IMG/VR virus record: IMGVR_UViG_3300031673_000002
From: an uncultured virus (IMG/VR IMGVR_UViG_3300031673_000002)
Taxonomy: Duplodnaviria; Heunggongvirae; Uroviricota; Caudoviricetes
Length of the DNA: 64,000 bases
Strand: one strand, 5' to 3'
The position numbers and the translations under genes were made by a program. This document shows positions 1 through 11,111 of this stretch, one piece after another (position 1 is the stretch's first letter; the number at the start of each line of letters is the position of its first letter). Under the pieces are notes generated by a model, which worked only from the letters and a program-made list of their open reading frames with translations, ran no database searches and was not told the origin of the DNA.

Positions 1-2
1 GC

Positions 3-3000
3 TTTGTAGGCTTCGGTGTCGTCCCCACAGATCACCATGTTCACATCGAGGGAAGTGGTCCCCAACTCTGGGTAAATAGAACTGGAGCCCAAAACGCAGC
101 CAATTTTGCTGGTCTCAACGCCACCCCCGCCTCAGGCTCTGCGAACGTGTACGTTAGGAGCCTCGAAACACACGCCGCTGATGTTGGTGGCACCATTGGC
201 CTTATGGCTAATACCGTCGGTACTGGAAGCCCGGTTCCGATGGCTTACATCTGGGGCAAGAAGGAAAATGCTACCTCCGCAAACGAGAACGGCTACCTTG
301 CATTCGGAACTCGCCTAAATGGCTCAGGGGCCGTCGAGCGCATGCGCATCACCAGCGCCGGTGCCGTTCAGATCCCGACCGACTCGGCGAATCTGAGCAT
401 CGGTGCCGGTGGTGACCTAACACTCCAGCACAATGGCACCGACTCGATCATCGCCAACGCTACAGGCAGACTCCAGATCAATGGCTTCGCTACCAGTGAG
501 GTCGTAGTCAACGAATCTGGGGTAGACGTCGACTTCCGAGTAGAGGGCTTCGGCGATCCGAACACACTCGTTGTTGATGCCGGCTTGGTCGCCACCACCG
601 GTGCTGCTGGTGCCGTTGGTATCGGTGTTGCCCCTGGCTCGGTAGCCCACAAGCTGCACGTAGTCGGCGGCGCGCTCGCGTCCACCAAAAACGCTCTGTA
701 CGTGAGCGGTACGTTGAATGGAGCTGCTGCGGGCCAAACTGGATCAAGCCTCTTGTTTACGACGGTCGCCAGCGGCGGCGCCAGCGCTGGTCAAATAGGG
801 CTTCTCCTAAACCTAGACGGAGCATACGGCGTAGCAGGCGATACAGCCACGACGTGGGCCGCTCAAGTTAGTAACACCTCTGCGTCGCTCGGTGTGTCGT
901 CTTGGTCTGGAGCTGCTAGTCAGGGCAGTATTGGCGCTCAGGCGACGTCAAGCGGTGGTTCTGCTGGTCACAGGACTGGCGTCTACGGCGTCGCCCTTAA
1001 CTCCTCGACACTGAACGCAGGTGTGCGGGGCCTCGCACAACAGGTTAACGCCGGAGCCAACTTCGGCGTCATTGGTCAGGCCCACAATCAGACAGGCACC
1101 AAGCACGGCGGATTCTTTTACGTCCACGGGGACTCTTTTCTCACGCCGACGTTCGCTACATCTGCTGCGTTGATGGCGGACAACACTGACGCACCAGTAG
1201 ATATTTTTGTTGCTCGTAACAATGGCACTCCCGTTTTCACTGTAGCTAATGGCGGCCTCGTCACGCTCACCAATGGGCTGACGATCCCGGGCACGCCAAC
1301 CAACCCACTGACTATCAACACGCGAGCCTACAGCTTCCCAGCGTCCTTCGGTGCTGCGGGCGCTGTGCTCACCGACGCAGCGGGTACCGGTGTCCTGACG
1401 TGGGCAGCAGGCGCAGGTGGTGGAGATAGCATCAGCGTCAATGGGGTAGCTGCTGCTGACGCTGACTTCGACGACACGACACCCGCTGCGGTCGGCGCTG
1501 GAGTCAACGTCCTCTGGCAGAAAGATGCGGGAACACCCAACAACATCAGTGCGTACGTCGCAGCCAACGCCGTCACCAACTCAGTGTTGGCGCAGATGGC
1601 GGCCAACACCGTCAAGGTGAACAACACAGGGGCTGGCGCAAACGCAACCGACCTGACCATCGGCGCAAACACGGTACTTGGTCGTGCTGGTAGCAACATC
1701 GTAGCGGCGACACTTGTCACGAACCAGATCACTGCCGCAGCGGTCACGAACGCCAAACTCGCGAACATGGCGCAGTTTACCCTCAAAGGGAGGATTGCAG
1801 CAGGCTCAGGCGTTCCCACTGACCTGACCGGGACTGAGGTGACTGCGTTCTTGGACGTGTTTACGCCGACGCTGAAGGGTCTCGCGCCAGCGGCAACGGG
1901 TGGTGGCACCACCAACTTCCTGCGTGCTGATGGAACGTGGGCGGCACCCGCAGGGGCCGGCAACGTCACCAAGGTTGGAACGCCGGTCAACAACCAGGTG
2001 GGCGTCTGGACAGGTGACGGCACGTTAGAGGGCACGTCGTCACTCGTGTTCGATGGCACCTCGCTCACGGTCGGAACCAAAAACGTCTTCCCCGATGCCG
2101 TCAGTACGCTGGCCTATGCCGCGTCTGTGAACCTGGATATGGACCCGGCCCTCGTGTCGGCTAAGTCCGTGACCCTCACCGGGGTCATGACGTTGACCAC
2201 CTCCAACCGGGCGGCAGGCAGGCAGGTGGTTCTACGTATCGTTGGCGACGTCAGCGACCGAGCCCTCACCTTCCCGGCTGGCTGGAAGTTCCTTGGCGGT
2301 CCGGCCCCCGTGTCGATGCCGGCCAATAAGACGGCGCTGCTCTCCATTGTCGCCTACGGCACGCTTGATACGGACATTGTAGCTGCCTTCACGTTCGACA
2401 CTACCGAGGTCGCGATGCGCGGCGCCGGTACGGTCAACCAGGTCGCGTACTTCTCGGATGCCGACTCGCTGACGAGCAATGCCGGGCTCACCTACGACGG
2501 TGCCGACCTCACGACCACGGGCATCATGCGCATCGCCAACGGCGGTACAGAGTTGCTGTCTGCCCTGCACTTCGGCGCGACGAGCGACCCGAACACGGGC
2601 ATCTGGCACCCGGGCGCCGACATCCTCGCCATCTCGGCAGGCGGCAATGAGATGATGCGCTGGAGTACGGCGGGAACGGTCATCAACGAGGGCAGCGACA
2701 GCAGTGACTTCCGGGTCGAGAGCAACACCAACACCGGCATGTTGTTCGTCAATGGCGGCGAGAACAGAGTTCAGATTGGCCGATCGACAGACTTCACTGA
2801 GGCTCAGAGCTTTCTTAGCGTAGACGGTGCGGTGGCTCTAAAGGAGATCACGATCCCCGCAGGAAACCCGGACGCCAACTACGGCTACCTGTACCCGAAG
2901 GCAGGAGGTCTCCTGTACTGGATGGATGACCTTGGCACCGAGTACAACCTCACGGCGAACTCGGTCGAGAACATCGCTGGTCACATCGAAACCGCAGCCA

Positions 3001-3266
3001 ACAAGACCTATTACGTAGTCTCATACTCTGGGTACTCGGGCACCATCACTGACGTCATCACCGAGTGCGACTCGGGGACCTGCACCGCGACGGTCAAGAT
3101 CAACGGCGTGTCCCTGGGTGGTACCGCCAACAGCGTGTCATCCACAGAGCAGTTGCAGGCGCACGTTACGTCTAACACGATCGCTGTAGGAGACACGATC
3201 ACGTTCGTGATTACATCCAACTCCAGTGCTCTTGAAGTTAGATTCACGATCTTGGTGAGCAGGTAG
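3..3266 (+). CDS. Large virion/tail-fibre-like protein (5' truncated by window edge)
   Basis: Frame is open from nt 3. Gly/Ala/Thr-rich beta-type sequence with fibre-type motifs (ERMRITSAG; repeated V(V/I)NE.....DFRVE; NQV..F/W segments). Ends TAG. Confidence 0.65.
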   Translation, partial: FVGFGVVPTDHHVHIEGSGPQLWVNRTGAQNAANFAGLNATPASGSANVYVRSLETHAADVGGTIGLMANTVGTGSPVPMAYIWGKKENATSANENGYLAFGTRLNGSGAVERMRITSAGAVQIPTDSANLSIGAGGDLTLQHNGTDSIIANATGRLQINGFATSEVVVNESGVDVDFRVEGFGDPNTLVVDAGLVATTGAAGAVGIGVAPGSVAHKLHVVGGALASTKNALYVSGTLNGAAAGQTGSSLLFTTVASGGASAGQIGLLLNLDGAYGVAGDTATTWAAQVSNTSASLGVSSWSGAASQGSIGAQATSSGGSAGHRTGVYGVALNSSTLNAGVRGLAQQVNAGANFGVIGQAHNQTGTKHGGFFYVHGDSFLTPTFATSAALMADNTDAPVDIFVARNNGTPVFTVANGGLVTLTNGLTIPGTPTNPLTINTRAYSFPASFGAAGAVLTDAAGTGVLTWAAGAGGGDSISVNGVAAADADFDDTTPAAVGAGVNVLWQKDAGTPNNISAYVAANAVTNSVLAQMAANTVKVNNTGAGANATDLTIGANTVLGRAGSNIVAATLVTNQITAAAVTNAKLANMAQFTLKGRIAAGSGVPTDLTGTEVTAFLDVFTPTLKGLAPAATGGGTTNFLRADGTWAAPAGAGNVTKVGTPVNNQVGVWTGDGTLEGTSSLVFDGTSLTVGTKNVFPDAVSTLAYAASVNLDMDPALVSAKSVTLTGVMTLTTSNRAAGRQVVLRIVGDVSDRALTFPAGWKFLGGPAPVSMPANKTALLSIVAYGTLDTDIVAAFTFDTTEVAMRGAGTVNQVAYFSDADSLTSNAGLTYDGADLTTTGIMRIANGGTELLSALHFGATSDPNTGIWHPGADILAISAGGNEMMRWSTAGTVINEGSDSSDFRVESNTNTGMLFVNGGENRVQIGRSTDFTEAQSFLSVDGAVALKEITIPAGNPDANYGYLYPKAGGLLYWMDDLGTEYNLTANSVENIAGHIETAANKTYYVVSYSGYSGTITDVITECDSGTCTATVKINGVSLGGTANSVSSTEQLQAHVTSNTIAVGDTITFVITSNSSALEVRFTILVSR

Positions 3267-3270
3267 TCCC

Positions 3271-6200
3271 ATGTTCATGAACTTCCAGAACAAGTTCAAC
3301 CCTCCGCCTCCGCCCGGGGCGCCGTTTGCTGACTACAACGCGCAGGGGCTCACAGCCGGGGCCTTGACGTCATGGGCCAATAGCGGAACGGACGCTGCCG
3401 GCACCCTCGATGTCAACCCTGGCGAGACGGCAGACCCCACTGTCGTAGTGGCCGGGTCAGGGCCGATCTCTGACGCAACTTACGTATCGTTCGTCTCGGC
3501 AGGCAGGGCACTCCAGGGCGACTTCAGCTACGGCAGACGCGACGGCATCAAGTTCGCTGCCGTCGTAAGGTGGGTTGGCGGGGTTGCTACAAGGCAAACG
3601 TTCTTTGACGGATTATCAGCCACCAACAGGATAACGATGTGCCGCGCGGTCACTACATCTGGGTGGCTAGCCGGGGCGAGCCTTCCAGACTCAATCGGCT
3701 CGCCGTCACTCGCCGCAGAGCGAGACAAGTGGGTGCGCATCTACGGCATCCTGGGTGTAAACGGGATCAGGAACTACATCTTCATTGAAAGGGTGAATAG
3801 AGGAGCAGGTGACACCGGCCCTAGCATTCTGGACGGACTGACTATTGGCTCTGATGCTATCGGGCAGAACCCGGGCAATATCGATGTGGCCAGGCTCACG
3901 CTGTGGGATGATGATACGTCCATAAAGTCGATCGAGAAGTGGATCGAGGAGGCTTACTACTTCTCGCCGGTCCCTCCCGGTAATCCGTTCCACTGGTGGA
4001 ACCCGAACAACTTCCCCATTGGCACCCCGACCACGATAACTGACGCCGGTAGCGACGGCTTCGACCTGACAAACAACAACGTCACGGTCGCGTACGACAC
4101 TGAATGCCGAGATCAGAAGGTCTTCGTGTTCAATGGCACTACCGCCAGAATGATAGACCCATCACTACCAACACCGTCCTACCCAAACGGCATCTTGTCA
4201 GATGAGTTCACCGTGGCCACCTGCATCCGGATCAATACCGCAGGGAAGTTGAACCCCATCGTAGGCGCTTACGGCAGCGCATATACGGACTGGTGGTGCC
4301 ACATAAATGCGTCTAACGTGACGGTTAGAAATGCCGGCGCCAGCATCACGAACGGCGACCTCGACACGATAGCGCCATTCCTGACCCCTAGTCGGTGGGT
4401 GAACCTGTCCTTCAACTTCGCGACGGCGGCAGGCAACGGCTCAACGTATGTAGACGGCGTTGCTTACGCATCCGGAGACGAGGGGGACCAAAACCCGAAT
4501 ACGATCGCTGTAGGGTTTTACGACGACGGTGTCACAGCACACTACTTTCATGGTCGCATGTCAGACATCCTCGTCTATGGAGGGAGCCCTAATGACTCCG
4601 ATATCGCCTGGCATTATGCAAGACTGTGGCTCAAGCGCTGGCGAAGGCTAGCGACTATACCCGGCGCTCCGACCTTCGTTTACGACGCCGAGGACCTTGG
4701 GCATTCTTCTGGTGATTTGGTGTCGACGTGGCCCAGCCCGGTGTATGAGTCACCGGACCTGACGGCGGCTGGAGGGCTGAGGCCGGTCTTTGATAACGTC
4801 TTCGGCCCCGAAGAGGACTCTAAGAACACCGTGTACTTTAACGGCGACTACATGGACTCCAGCACCTTCACCGCCAAGACCCAGGGGGGAGCGGCGGCTG
4901 TAGTCTTCAAACCTGCCGCCTTGCCTACCGGTACCGCTGCGCTAATAGGAACAGGGACGGCTGGAACGGAATGGTCTTCTTCCATAGTCGGCTCACCGGA
5001 GTTCGCATATTCAAGGGCGGACTCTGGCAATTCTTTAGTCTCTGGATTCGGAACAGGCTTCGCCGTAGGCGAATGGGCATGGCAGGCGATCGAGTACAAC
5101 GGCACAAGTAGTAAGGTCCACGACAGCAACGGTGTCCAGACCACAGGGTCGGCGGGCACAGAGACCTTTGGGACCATATTCCGTCTCGGATCAGACAGTG
5201 GGACCAACAACTTCAACGGCTACATCGCGAAGGCCATTGTGTGGGACGATGGCACGAGCATCGATAAGATATCCCAGTACATGAGAGATCGCTACTCAGG
5301 CGCGTCCTCGCACGTCACCTACCTAGACCCAATCTTCTATAGCACGTCCAGGCTCCCGCCGCCAGGCGCCCCCTTTGCCGACTACGATGCGGAGAGAGAG
5401 GACGTCGGCACCCTTGCCGTATGGAACAATCGCGGGAGCGATAGCGACGGGGACCTGGACACAAACCCCGGAACGAGCAACGACCCCACGGTCGTCCTGG
5501 ATGGCACCGGACCCACCCCAGGTTCAAGGTTTGTTCGGTTTGCTCTGTCTAATACAGAAGGACTACAAGGACCCTTTACCACGGCTCGCACCGGAGAGGT
5601 AGTATTTGCCGCTGTTTTGAGATGGAATGGTGGTTCTACGACAAACGATCAGGACATCTTTGATGGAGGAACTGATTCCTCCCATAGAATGTCTCTTTTT
5701 AGAAGGTCAACTACGCTCTCAGGATACTGGGGGATATATGGTGGAACAGTTATAGTATCAAATACCGCCGCAGAAACAGACAAGTGGGTCCGGGTAGTGG
5801 GTAGGTTCTCATCTACTGCTGCCCTACTTTCTGTTGAGCGTGCAAAACGCGGAATCTCTGTGAATGCCGGTACGCAAGACCTAAATGGGTTTACAATTGG
5901 AACTTCCTTTTTGGGTACTACCGGTTGGGCCAACGTGGATGTGGCACGTGTCACGTTATGGGAAGATGGCACGACACCCTTGCAAGCTGAACGGTGGCTT
6001 GAAGAGTCATTTCCGTTTGATCCAGTACCTCCAGGCAACCCGGTGCATTGGTGGGATCCGAATGATTACAGGGTGGGTACGCTCTCGGGTGCCGGTGCTG
6101 TCGTCGACAAGGGCAGTGGTGGCGTAGATTTAACGGCGACGGCACTTGACGTAGTGCTCGACGACAGCGATCGAGGCTGTCCTGAACAGAAGGTGTTCAA

Positions 6201-7407
6201 GTTCAACAATACTACGAGCAAAGCTGAAGATGCTGGAGGGTTCTCGTTAACCGGTGATATTCACCTGTTTGGTGTGATGGTGCGTCCAGTAGGGAATAAC
6301 CTCCAGGACGCAATTATGGGACGAAGGGGAGCGGTAGGGTCATTATGGAATATAAGATTAACTACACTCAATGAAGTGTCGCGGAGCTTTGGAATACAGG
6401 TCAACGGCAGTGACCTGGACACACTGGCTCCATTTAATACGCGGTCGCGCTGGATAAACACCCAGACATTAACGGCTGCTGCCGCAGGAGCAGGGGGCAC
6501 GTATGTGGATGGAACCCTTGCCGGGGCCTCCAATGAGGGCGACAATGATCCGGGCTCTATTCAGATCGGGCAGACAGACGACACAGATGCATTCAATGGC
6601 TACATGTCCGACGTCCTCATCTACACCGGGATAAAGGAAGCCAATGCCTCCCGTGCTGCTGAAGTAGAGATGTGGCTCCAGCGTCACCGACGGTTGGCGA
6701 CGGTCCCATACGGACGATTCAGCGACATCGACGCGGAATCGATTACGCTCGCCTCCGGTGAACCTGTATCTACATGGGTCGTCGGCGGAGAAACTCCTAT
6801 CGGCAGCTTCACTCAAACAGGTACTAATAGGCCCACATTTTTGGTCGGCGCCGGACCAGAACCGGCAGCTTCGGTGAAGCAACCTTCGGCAGTCAAAGAG
6901 GTCTACTTCGATGATGCTAGCTCGCAGTATATGGTCTCAGGAACATTTACTACGCTCCCTCAGCCCGGCGCTATAGCCATCGTTTACAAACCGAAAGTGT
7001 TTCCGGTTGCGGGGTCTGATCAGTTAACGTCAAGCGGGAACGCAGCGGGAACGTCATGGGATGTTTACATTTATGACGCTGCGGGTACAAAACAAGTTAG
7101 AACGAGCTTTGGTGCTACAGGCACTTTGACCCCTTCCAACGACGCCTTAGATGAGTGGCAATGGATCGTGGTGGAGGTCAACAACACGCAGTCTCACATG
7201 GTGAACAGCAAGGGCCAGGATAGCGGCGACTATTCGGGTGGTACTGAATCAATTGGAACTAACTTATCCGTCGGTGCAAGTTACACGCCTGGCGCTTACT
7301 ACGACGGCGCGATAGCCCGTATGATACACTGGGATGAAGAAAGTTCATGGGAAAAGATATCCGAGTGGATGCGCCGGAGATACCCAGGCGTAAATCCCTA
7401 TGGATGA
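3271..7407 (+). CDS. Modular LamG/concanavalin-like repeat protein, architecture ABC-ABC (putative virion adhesin)
   Basis: Two tandem copies of the three-module unit (PPPGAPFADYxA / PVPPGNPxHWWxPN / RRLATxP..DAE). Paralogous to the genes at 28679-36987. C-terminus RRRYPGVNPYG. Confidence 0.7.
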   Translation: MFMNFQNKFNPPPPPGAPFADYNAQGLTAGALTSWANSGTDAAGTLDVNPGETADPTVVVAGSGPISDATYVSFVSAGRALQGDFSYGRRDGIKFAAVVRWVGGVATRQTFFDGLSATNRITMCRAVTTSGWLAGASLPDSIGSPSLAAERDKWVRIYGILGVNGIRNYIFIERVNRGAGDTGPSILDGLTIGSDAIGQNPGNIDVARLTLWDDDTSIKSIEKWIEEAYYFSPVPPGNPFHWWNPNNFPIGTPTTITDAGSDGFDLTNNNVTVAYDTECRDQKVFVFNGTTARMIDPSLPTPSYPNGILSDEFTVATCIRINTAGKLNPIVGAYGSAYTDWWCHINASNVTVRNAGASITNGDLDTIAPFLTPSRWVNLSFNFATAAGNGSTYVDGVAYASGDEGDQNPNTIAVGFYDDGVTAHYFHGRMSDILVYGGSPNDSDIAWHYARLWLKRWRRLATIPGAPTFVYDAEDLGHSSGDLVSTWPSPVYESPDLTAAGGLRPVFDNVFGPEEDSKNTVYFNGDYMDSSTFTAKTQGGAAAVVFKPAALPTGTAALIGTGTAGTEWSSSIVGSPEFAYSRADSGNSLVSGFGTGFAVGEWAWQAIEYNGTSSKVHDSNGVQTTGSAGTETFGTIFRLGSDSGTNNFNGYIAKAIVWDDGTSIDKISQYMRDRYSGASSHVTYLDPIFYSTSRLPPPGAPFADYDAEREDVGTLAVWNNRGSDSDGDLDTNPGTSNDPTVVLDGTGPTPGSRFVRFALSNTEGLQGPFTTARTGEVVFAAVLRWNGGSTTNDQDIFDGGTDSSHRMSLFRRSTTLSGYWGIYGGTVIVSNTAAETDKWVRVVGRFSSTAALLSVERAKRGISVNAGTQDLNGFTIGTSFLGTTGWANVDVARVTLWEDGTTPLQAERWLEESFPFDPVPPGNPVHWWDPNDYRVGTLSGAGAVVDKGSGGVDLTATALDVVLDDSDRGCPEQKVFKFNNTTSKAEDAGGFSLTGDIHLFGVMVRPVGNNLQDAIMGRRGAVGSLWNIRLTTLNEVSRSFGIQVNGSDLDTLAPFNTRSRWINTQTLTAAAAGAGGTYVDGTLAGASNEGDNDPGSIQIGQTDDTDAFNGYMSDVLIYTGIKEANASRAAEVEMWLQRHRRLATVPYGRFSDIDAESITLASGEPVSTWVVGGETPIGSFTQTGTNRPTFLVGAGPEPAASVKQPSAVKEVYFDDASSQYMVSGTFTTLPQPGAIAIVYKPKVFPVAGSDQLTSSGNAAGTSWDVYIYDAAGTKQVRTSFGATGTLTPSNDALDEWQWIVVEVNNTQSHMVNSKGQDSGDYSGGTESIGTNLSVGASYTPGAYYDGAIARMIHWDEESSWEKISEWMRRRYPGVNPYG

Positions 7408-7418
7408 TCGACGGTAAA

Positions 7419-7448
7419 GAGAAAGGCCCCGAATACGGGGCCTTTCTC
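7419..7448. terminator. Hairpin between convergent genes, probable bidirectional terminator
   Basis: Perfect 13-bp stem GAGAAAGGCCCCG-aata-CGGGGCCTTTCTC. Confidence 0.8.
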
Positions 7449-7469
7449 ATCTCGCCTTTGGAGGTCGGA

Positions 7470-9830
7470 TCAAATGTTGATCTTGACTTCCTTGGGCTCG
7501 ACGGTACCGGTGATGGTGTTGCCATCCACCGTGATGTCCAAGGTGTCCTCGTCGATCGAAGAGAACTCCTTGAACCATGCGTTGCCGACGACGACGCTGA
7601 ACTTGGTCTGCGCCATGTCAAACATGTAGCGACGCGCCTTCTTGGTGGCCTCGGTGGCCTTGGCTTGGAGCCAGGTGACAACCTCGTCGGAGACGTCCGT
7701 CGCCCCTGACTTGCCGTCGAGGTAGTTCTCTACGGTGGTCACTGTGGGCGCCATGAGAGCAGCGCTGGCCGTGAGCTTATTGCTCGCCATCTTCTCCTTG
7801 ACCTCCTTGAGCGCGGGCAGCGCCGACAGGCCCTTGAGCTTCACGCGAAGCTCTTTGCCCATGTAGAAGTCGCTGGCTTCCGCCTGGACGGACTTCGGCG
7901 AGAATCCGCTGTAGTCGGTGATCCCCTGCTCCTTGAGCCACGCCGCCGCGTCCGCGCCATACTGCTCGACGAAGCCGGCGCTGACCTTCGCAGTGCCGAG
8001 GTCCTTGATGTACGAGTTGTAGACCTTCTGCTCCGCCTTAGCCTTGAGCATCTCATACTGCGACGTGAACAACGCCTTGGCCGAGGTCTCCTTGACCATG
8101 AGGGCGTTGATGACGGGGAGCTTGTTCATGTGGACGAGGTGAACGTCGCCGTCACGCTGGATGGCGCCGACCGGGATCAGACCGTTCTGGACGAGCTTCT
8201 CGATCTCGGTGCGGGTCTCCTCGGAGACCTTCACCGGGAGGGTGGCGACGTTCACGAGGCCATCCTTGATCACGGTGTAGTTCCGCCAGATGGAGGTCGG
8301 GAACTTCCCGGGCACTGTGGTCGGTCGGTCGGTGCGCGACGAGAGGTCGACGGTGCCCTCCTTGCGCACGAGGACAGACACGTTCGGCCGGTCCTCGTTG
8401 TAGGTCAGGTTCGAGATCGGGTAGCCCTCGCTCGCCTGGCTCTTGTCCTCGGAGAACGAGAGGGCCGGCGGCTTGTTGGTGATCTCCTGGATGCTGGCTG
8501 TGATCTTGGCAGCCTCCATCGGATCCTTCATCGTCGAGAGTTGCTTGGTGAGCTTCTCGATCTCGGCGTGGTCTTCCTTGGTCAACACGGTGTTGGCGTC
8601 GACACGACCCCTACCGATGGCCGAGTAGCTGAAGCTCGGGTGGTCGAAGTACATCCGGTTCTCGTCGTCGGACGCGAGCAGACGCAGCATGCCCAACACC
8701 GTGAACGCATCGTCACGCGGCACCGCCGTCGGGTCCCAGCCCTTCGTGAAGCGGCCACCGGACTGGAAGGTGGCTTCCTTCGTCATGCCCATGAAGGCGC
8801 TGTACGCCTGCTTGCCGAAGCACTGGTTGAAGCTCTCGATCATGGCTACGTCACCCGACGCCTTGAGCAGCGGGCGCACGATCTCCGGCTTCATGCGTGT
8901 CGCGAATAGCGAGATGCCAGCGTAGACGGCATCGAAGTACGTCGGGCTCGGCTCGTTCGTGGTGGCCGGCATCTGGAAGCACCCCTTGCTGATGTACTCC
9001 ATGTCGTTCGCGGACTTCTTGCCGACCGACGCGGGGCTCAGGAAGAAGACCTCGGTGGTTCCTTCGGGGACACTGATCTTGCCGTTCTCGATGGCGAACG
9101 TGTACAGGTCCCCTTGGTCCATCGTCCACGCGAAGCCACCGATGAAGTCGGAGTTCGGGAGGGTGATCTCGACCCGCTTGCCTCCGACGACCTGCTTCTG
9201 CATCGCGGCGTCGAACAGAGCCTCGTACTTGTCGAAGCTGTCGGAGAAGATGAGCGTTCCGCCCGCCTTCTCAGCCATCGCCGTGAGGGTCGGTCGGTCG
9301 GCGTAGTAGCCGTACTCGACGAACGTGGCTGCGGAGAGGCTCGGCGCGGCCTTCTCGATCGCAGTGTAGATGTCGTTCTTGCTCCACTGGTTGTCGCAGC
9401 CGTCGGACATGAAGAACAGGCTGAACGAACCGGGGTTGGTCTTCGAGACACGCGCTGCGAGCGCGCTCACTTCGAGGAGCGGCTCCTTGAAGCCCGTCAG
9501 GCCCACGGGCTTGAGCCAGCGGTCGATGGCGCCGTTGACCTGCTGGAGATCCGTCAGGCCCGCCACCTTCTCGCCCTCGACGAGCGCGCCATACTGACCG
9601 CGACCCGAGAACCAGATGATGCTGACCGTGTCGTTCTCCTTGAGGAGCTTCGGCAGCTTCTTCTTGCACTGCTCGCGGATCTTCGGGAGGTCGTAGTACA
9701 TCGATCCGCTGCAATCGATCACGAGCACATGGTTCGTGGGGCCAGCAGCCGGCTTGGCCTCCTTGGCCTCGGTGTTGATTGATTCTTGGACAAGGAAGAG
9801 TGAGTCGTTGATCTTGTAGCTTGTTGTCAT
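7470..9830 (-). CDS. vWA domain-containing protein (786 aa)
   Basis: MIDAS motif HVLVIDCSGSM, LTG and FFMSDG in the N-terminal 220 aa; long C-terminal region of unknown fold; strong GC3 bias. Confidence 0.85.
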   Translation of the reverse strand: MTTSYKINDSLFLVQESINTEAKEAKPAAGPTNHVLVIDCSGSMYYDLPKIREQCKKKLPKLLKENDTVSIIWFSGRGQYGALVEGEKVAGLTDLQQVNGAIDRWLKPVGLTGFKEPLLEVSALAARVSKTNPGSFSLFFMSDGCDNQWSKNDIYTAIEKAAPSLSAATFVEYGYYADRPTLTAMAEKAGGTLIFSDSFDKYEALFDAAMQKQVVGGKRVEITLPNSDFIGGFAWTMDQGDLYTFAIENGKISVPEGTTEVFFLSPASVGKKSANDMEYISKGCFQMPATTNEPSPTYFDAVYAGISLFATRMKPEIVRPLLKASGDVAMIESFNQCFGKQAYSAFMGMTKEATFQSGGRFTKGWDPTAVPRDDAFTVLGMLRLLASDDENRMYFDHPSFSYSAIGRGRVDANTVLTKEDHAEIEKLTKQLSTMKDPMEAAKITASIQEITNKPPALSFSEDKSQASEGYPISNLTYNEDRPNVSVLVRKEGTVDLSSRTDRPTTVPGKFPTSIWRNYTVIKDGLVNVATLPVKVSEETRTEIEKLVQNGLIPVGAIQRDGDVHLVHMNKLPVINALMVKETSAKALFTSQYEMLKAKAEQKVYNSYIKDLGTAKVSAGFVEQYGADAAAWLKEQGITDYSGFSPKSVQAEASDFYMGKELRVKLKGLSALPALKEVKEKMASNKLTASAALMAPTVTTVENYLDGKSGATDVSDEVVTWLQAKATEATKKARRYMFDMAQTKFSVVVGNAWFKEFSSIDEDTLDITVDGNTITGTVEPKEVKINI

Positions 9831-9988
9831 CTGGACTTGGGCTCCATGAGGAGTAGGTTGAGCCCTTCAACTATCGCGACACGCCCGCTAGGTCCATCGG
9901 TTCTTGCCAATCCACGGGGATGGCTGATAATGCAATGCTGTTACGACACAGCGAGGTGGATTCGATCCGATGAGACTGGAGTTAAACA

Positions 9989-10114
9989 TTGGCCTCATGT
10001 AAGCAGTGCTACAAAAGAACGCGCAAGGACCTCGCCTGCCCGTACTGCCGCAAGCGTCCCCTCTGCCTCAATTGCGTCTGTACTTGCCGACAGCCCGCGC
10101 CCAAAGACCCATGA
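9989..10114 (+). CDS. 41-aa Cys-rich zinc-binding micro-protein (not in ORF track)
   Basis: GGAG 7 nt before TTG; MASCKQCYKRTRKDLACPYCRKRPLCLNCVCTCRQPAPKDP; ATGA overlap with the next gene. Confidence 0.55.
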   Translation: MASCKQCYKRTRKDLACPYCRKRPLCLNCVCTCRQPAPKDP

Positions 10115-10266
10115 AGACCGAGCGTCAAGACATCGCAGACCGTCTCCACGAGGTTGACTTGGACTACGAAGACTGGGATCCAAGCGACGAAGGCCCTGCC
10201 GTGCCCGAGGAAGATGGCAGCGTTCTTGTGTGGTCCGACGAGAGTCGAGGGGATGACGATGAGTGA
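10111..10266 (+). CDS. Small acidic hypothetical protein
   Basis: ATG at 10111 coupled to the upstream stop; GC3 bias. Confidence 0.5.
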   Translation: MKTERQDIADRLHEVDLDYEDWDPSDEGPAVPEEDGSVLVWSDESRGDDDE

Positions 10267-10305
10267 CTTTCTTACCAAGGCCGCAAAAACCAAGGACTGG
10301 TAAGC

Positions 10306-10647
10306 GTGAAGACCTGGCACTTCGAGTCGGCGTTCGCTGCGGTGGTGCTCGTTAGCATCGCGCTGTGGCGCAACCAGACAGTCGAGTGGGTTGGTGCCGT
10401 TGCGGTGTGGCTGACCTTCGGCCATGTGAGCATCGCGAGCCGGATGGCAGAGCGCCAGGCCATCAAAGAGAAGCCAGATGTTGACTGCTACCGCTGGCTC
10501 GTCTGGCACCTCGTCGCCAAAGAGATCCTGTGGTGCATCTACTTCGTCTTGCTGGAGAGCTACACCGCACTGTTTGGTGTAGCGTTGTTCCTCTTTCATC
10601 CCTTGTGGCGACGGTGGTATCGACGTTGGCATCCACTGAACCGCTGA
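10306..10647 (+). CDS. Small membrane protein
   Basis: Several hydrophobic segments and a basic C-terminus. Confidence 0.6.
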   Translation: MKTWHFESAFAAVVLVSIALWRNQTVEWVGAVAVWLTFGHVSIASRMAERQAIKEKPDVDCYRWLVWHLVAKEILWCIYFVLLESYTALFGVALFLFHPLWRRWYRRWHPLNR

Positions 10648-11111
10648 CGGGGCCTCAGTGCTCCTTCTGCTACTCGGATAAGAGACCCCGCATCATGCTT
10701 CCGGAGGTTGGCTGGGCGTGCCAGCATCGGCTTCCCTGCTACCGAACCATCGTAAAGGACCGCGACGAACTGAAAGTTGAGGTCGCCGTGCTCAAGGAGA
10801 AAATCAAGATGCTCCAAGCCTTGAAGCGCCAGCTCAAGAAGAAACTGTCAGATGGTGACGAGGGATGAACCTCTGCCCCGTGTGCGGCCGAGCCTCGTGC
10901 CTCATCTTCCAATGGGCAGAAGCTCGACGACGACGACGAGCCATGAGAACGCCCGAGGAGTACGTGACTCCCCGGGCGTTCTTCAGCCCTCCGCTCGTCG
11001 GTGTGCCACTCGTGCCCGGCATCGTTCAGCCGCCGGACCCGGTGTTCGTGTTGTCGCTAGAACCCTTCGAGCCGAGCTTCGTGAGCGTGCCTGCGGACAG
11101 AAACGCCCTCA

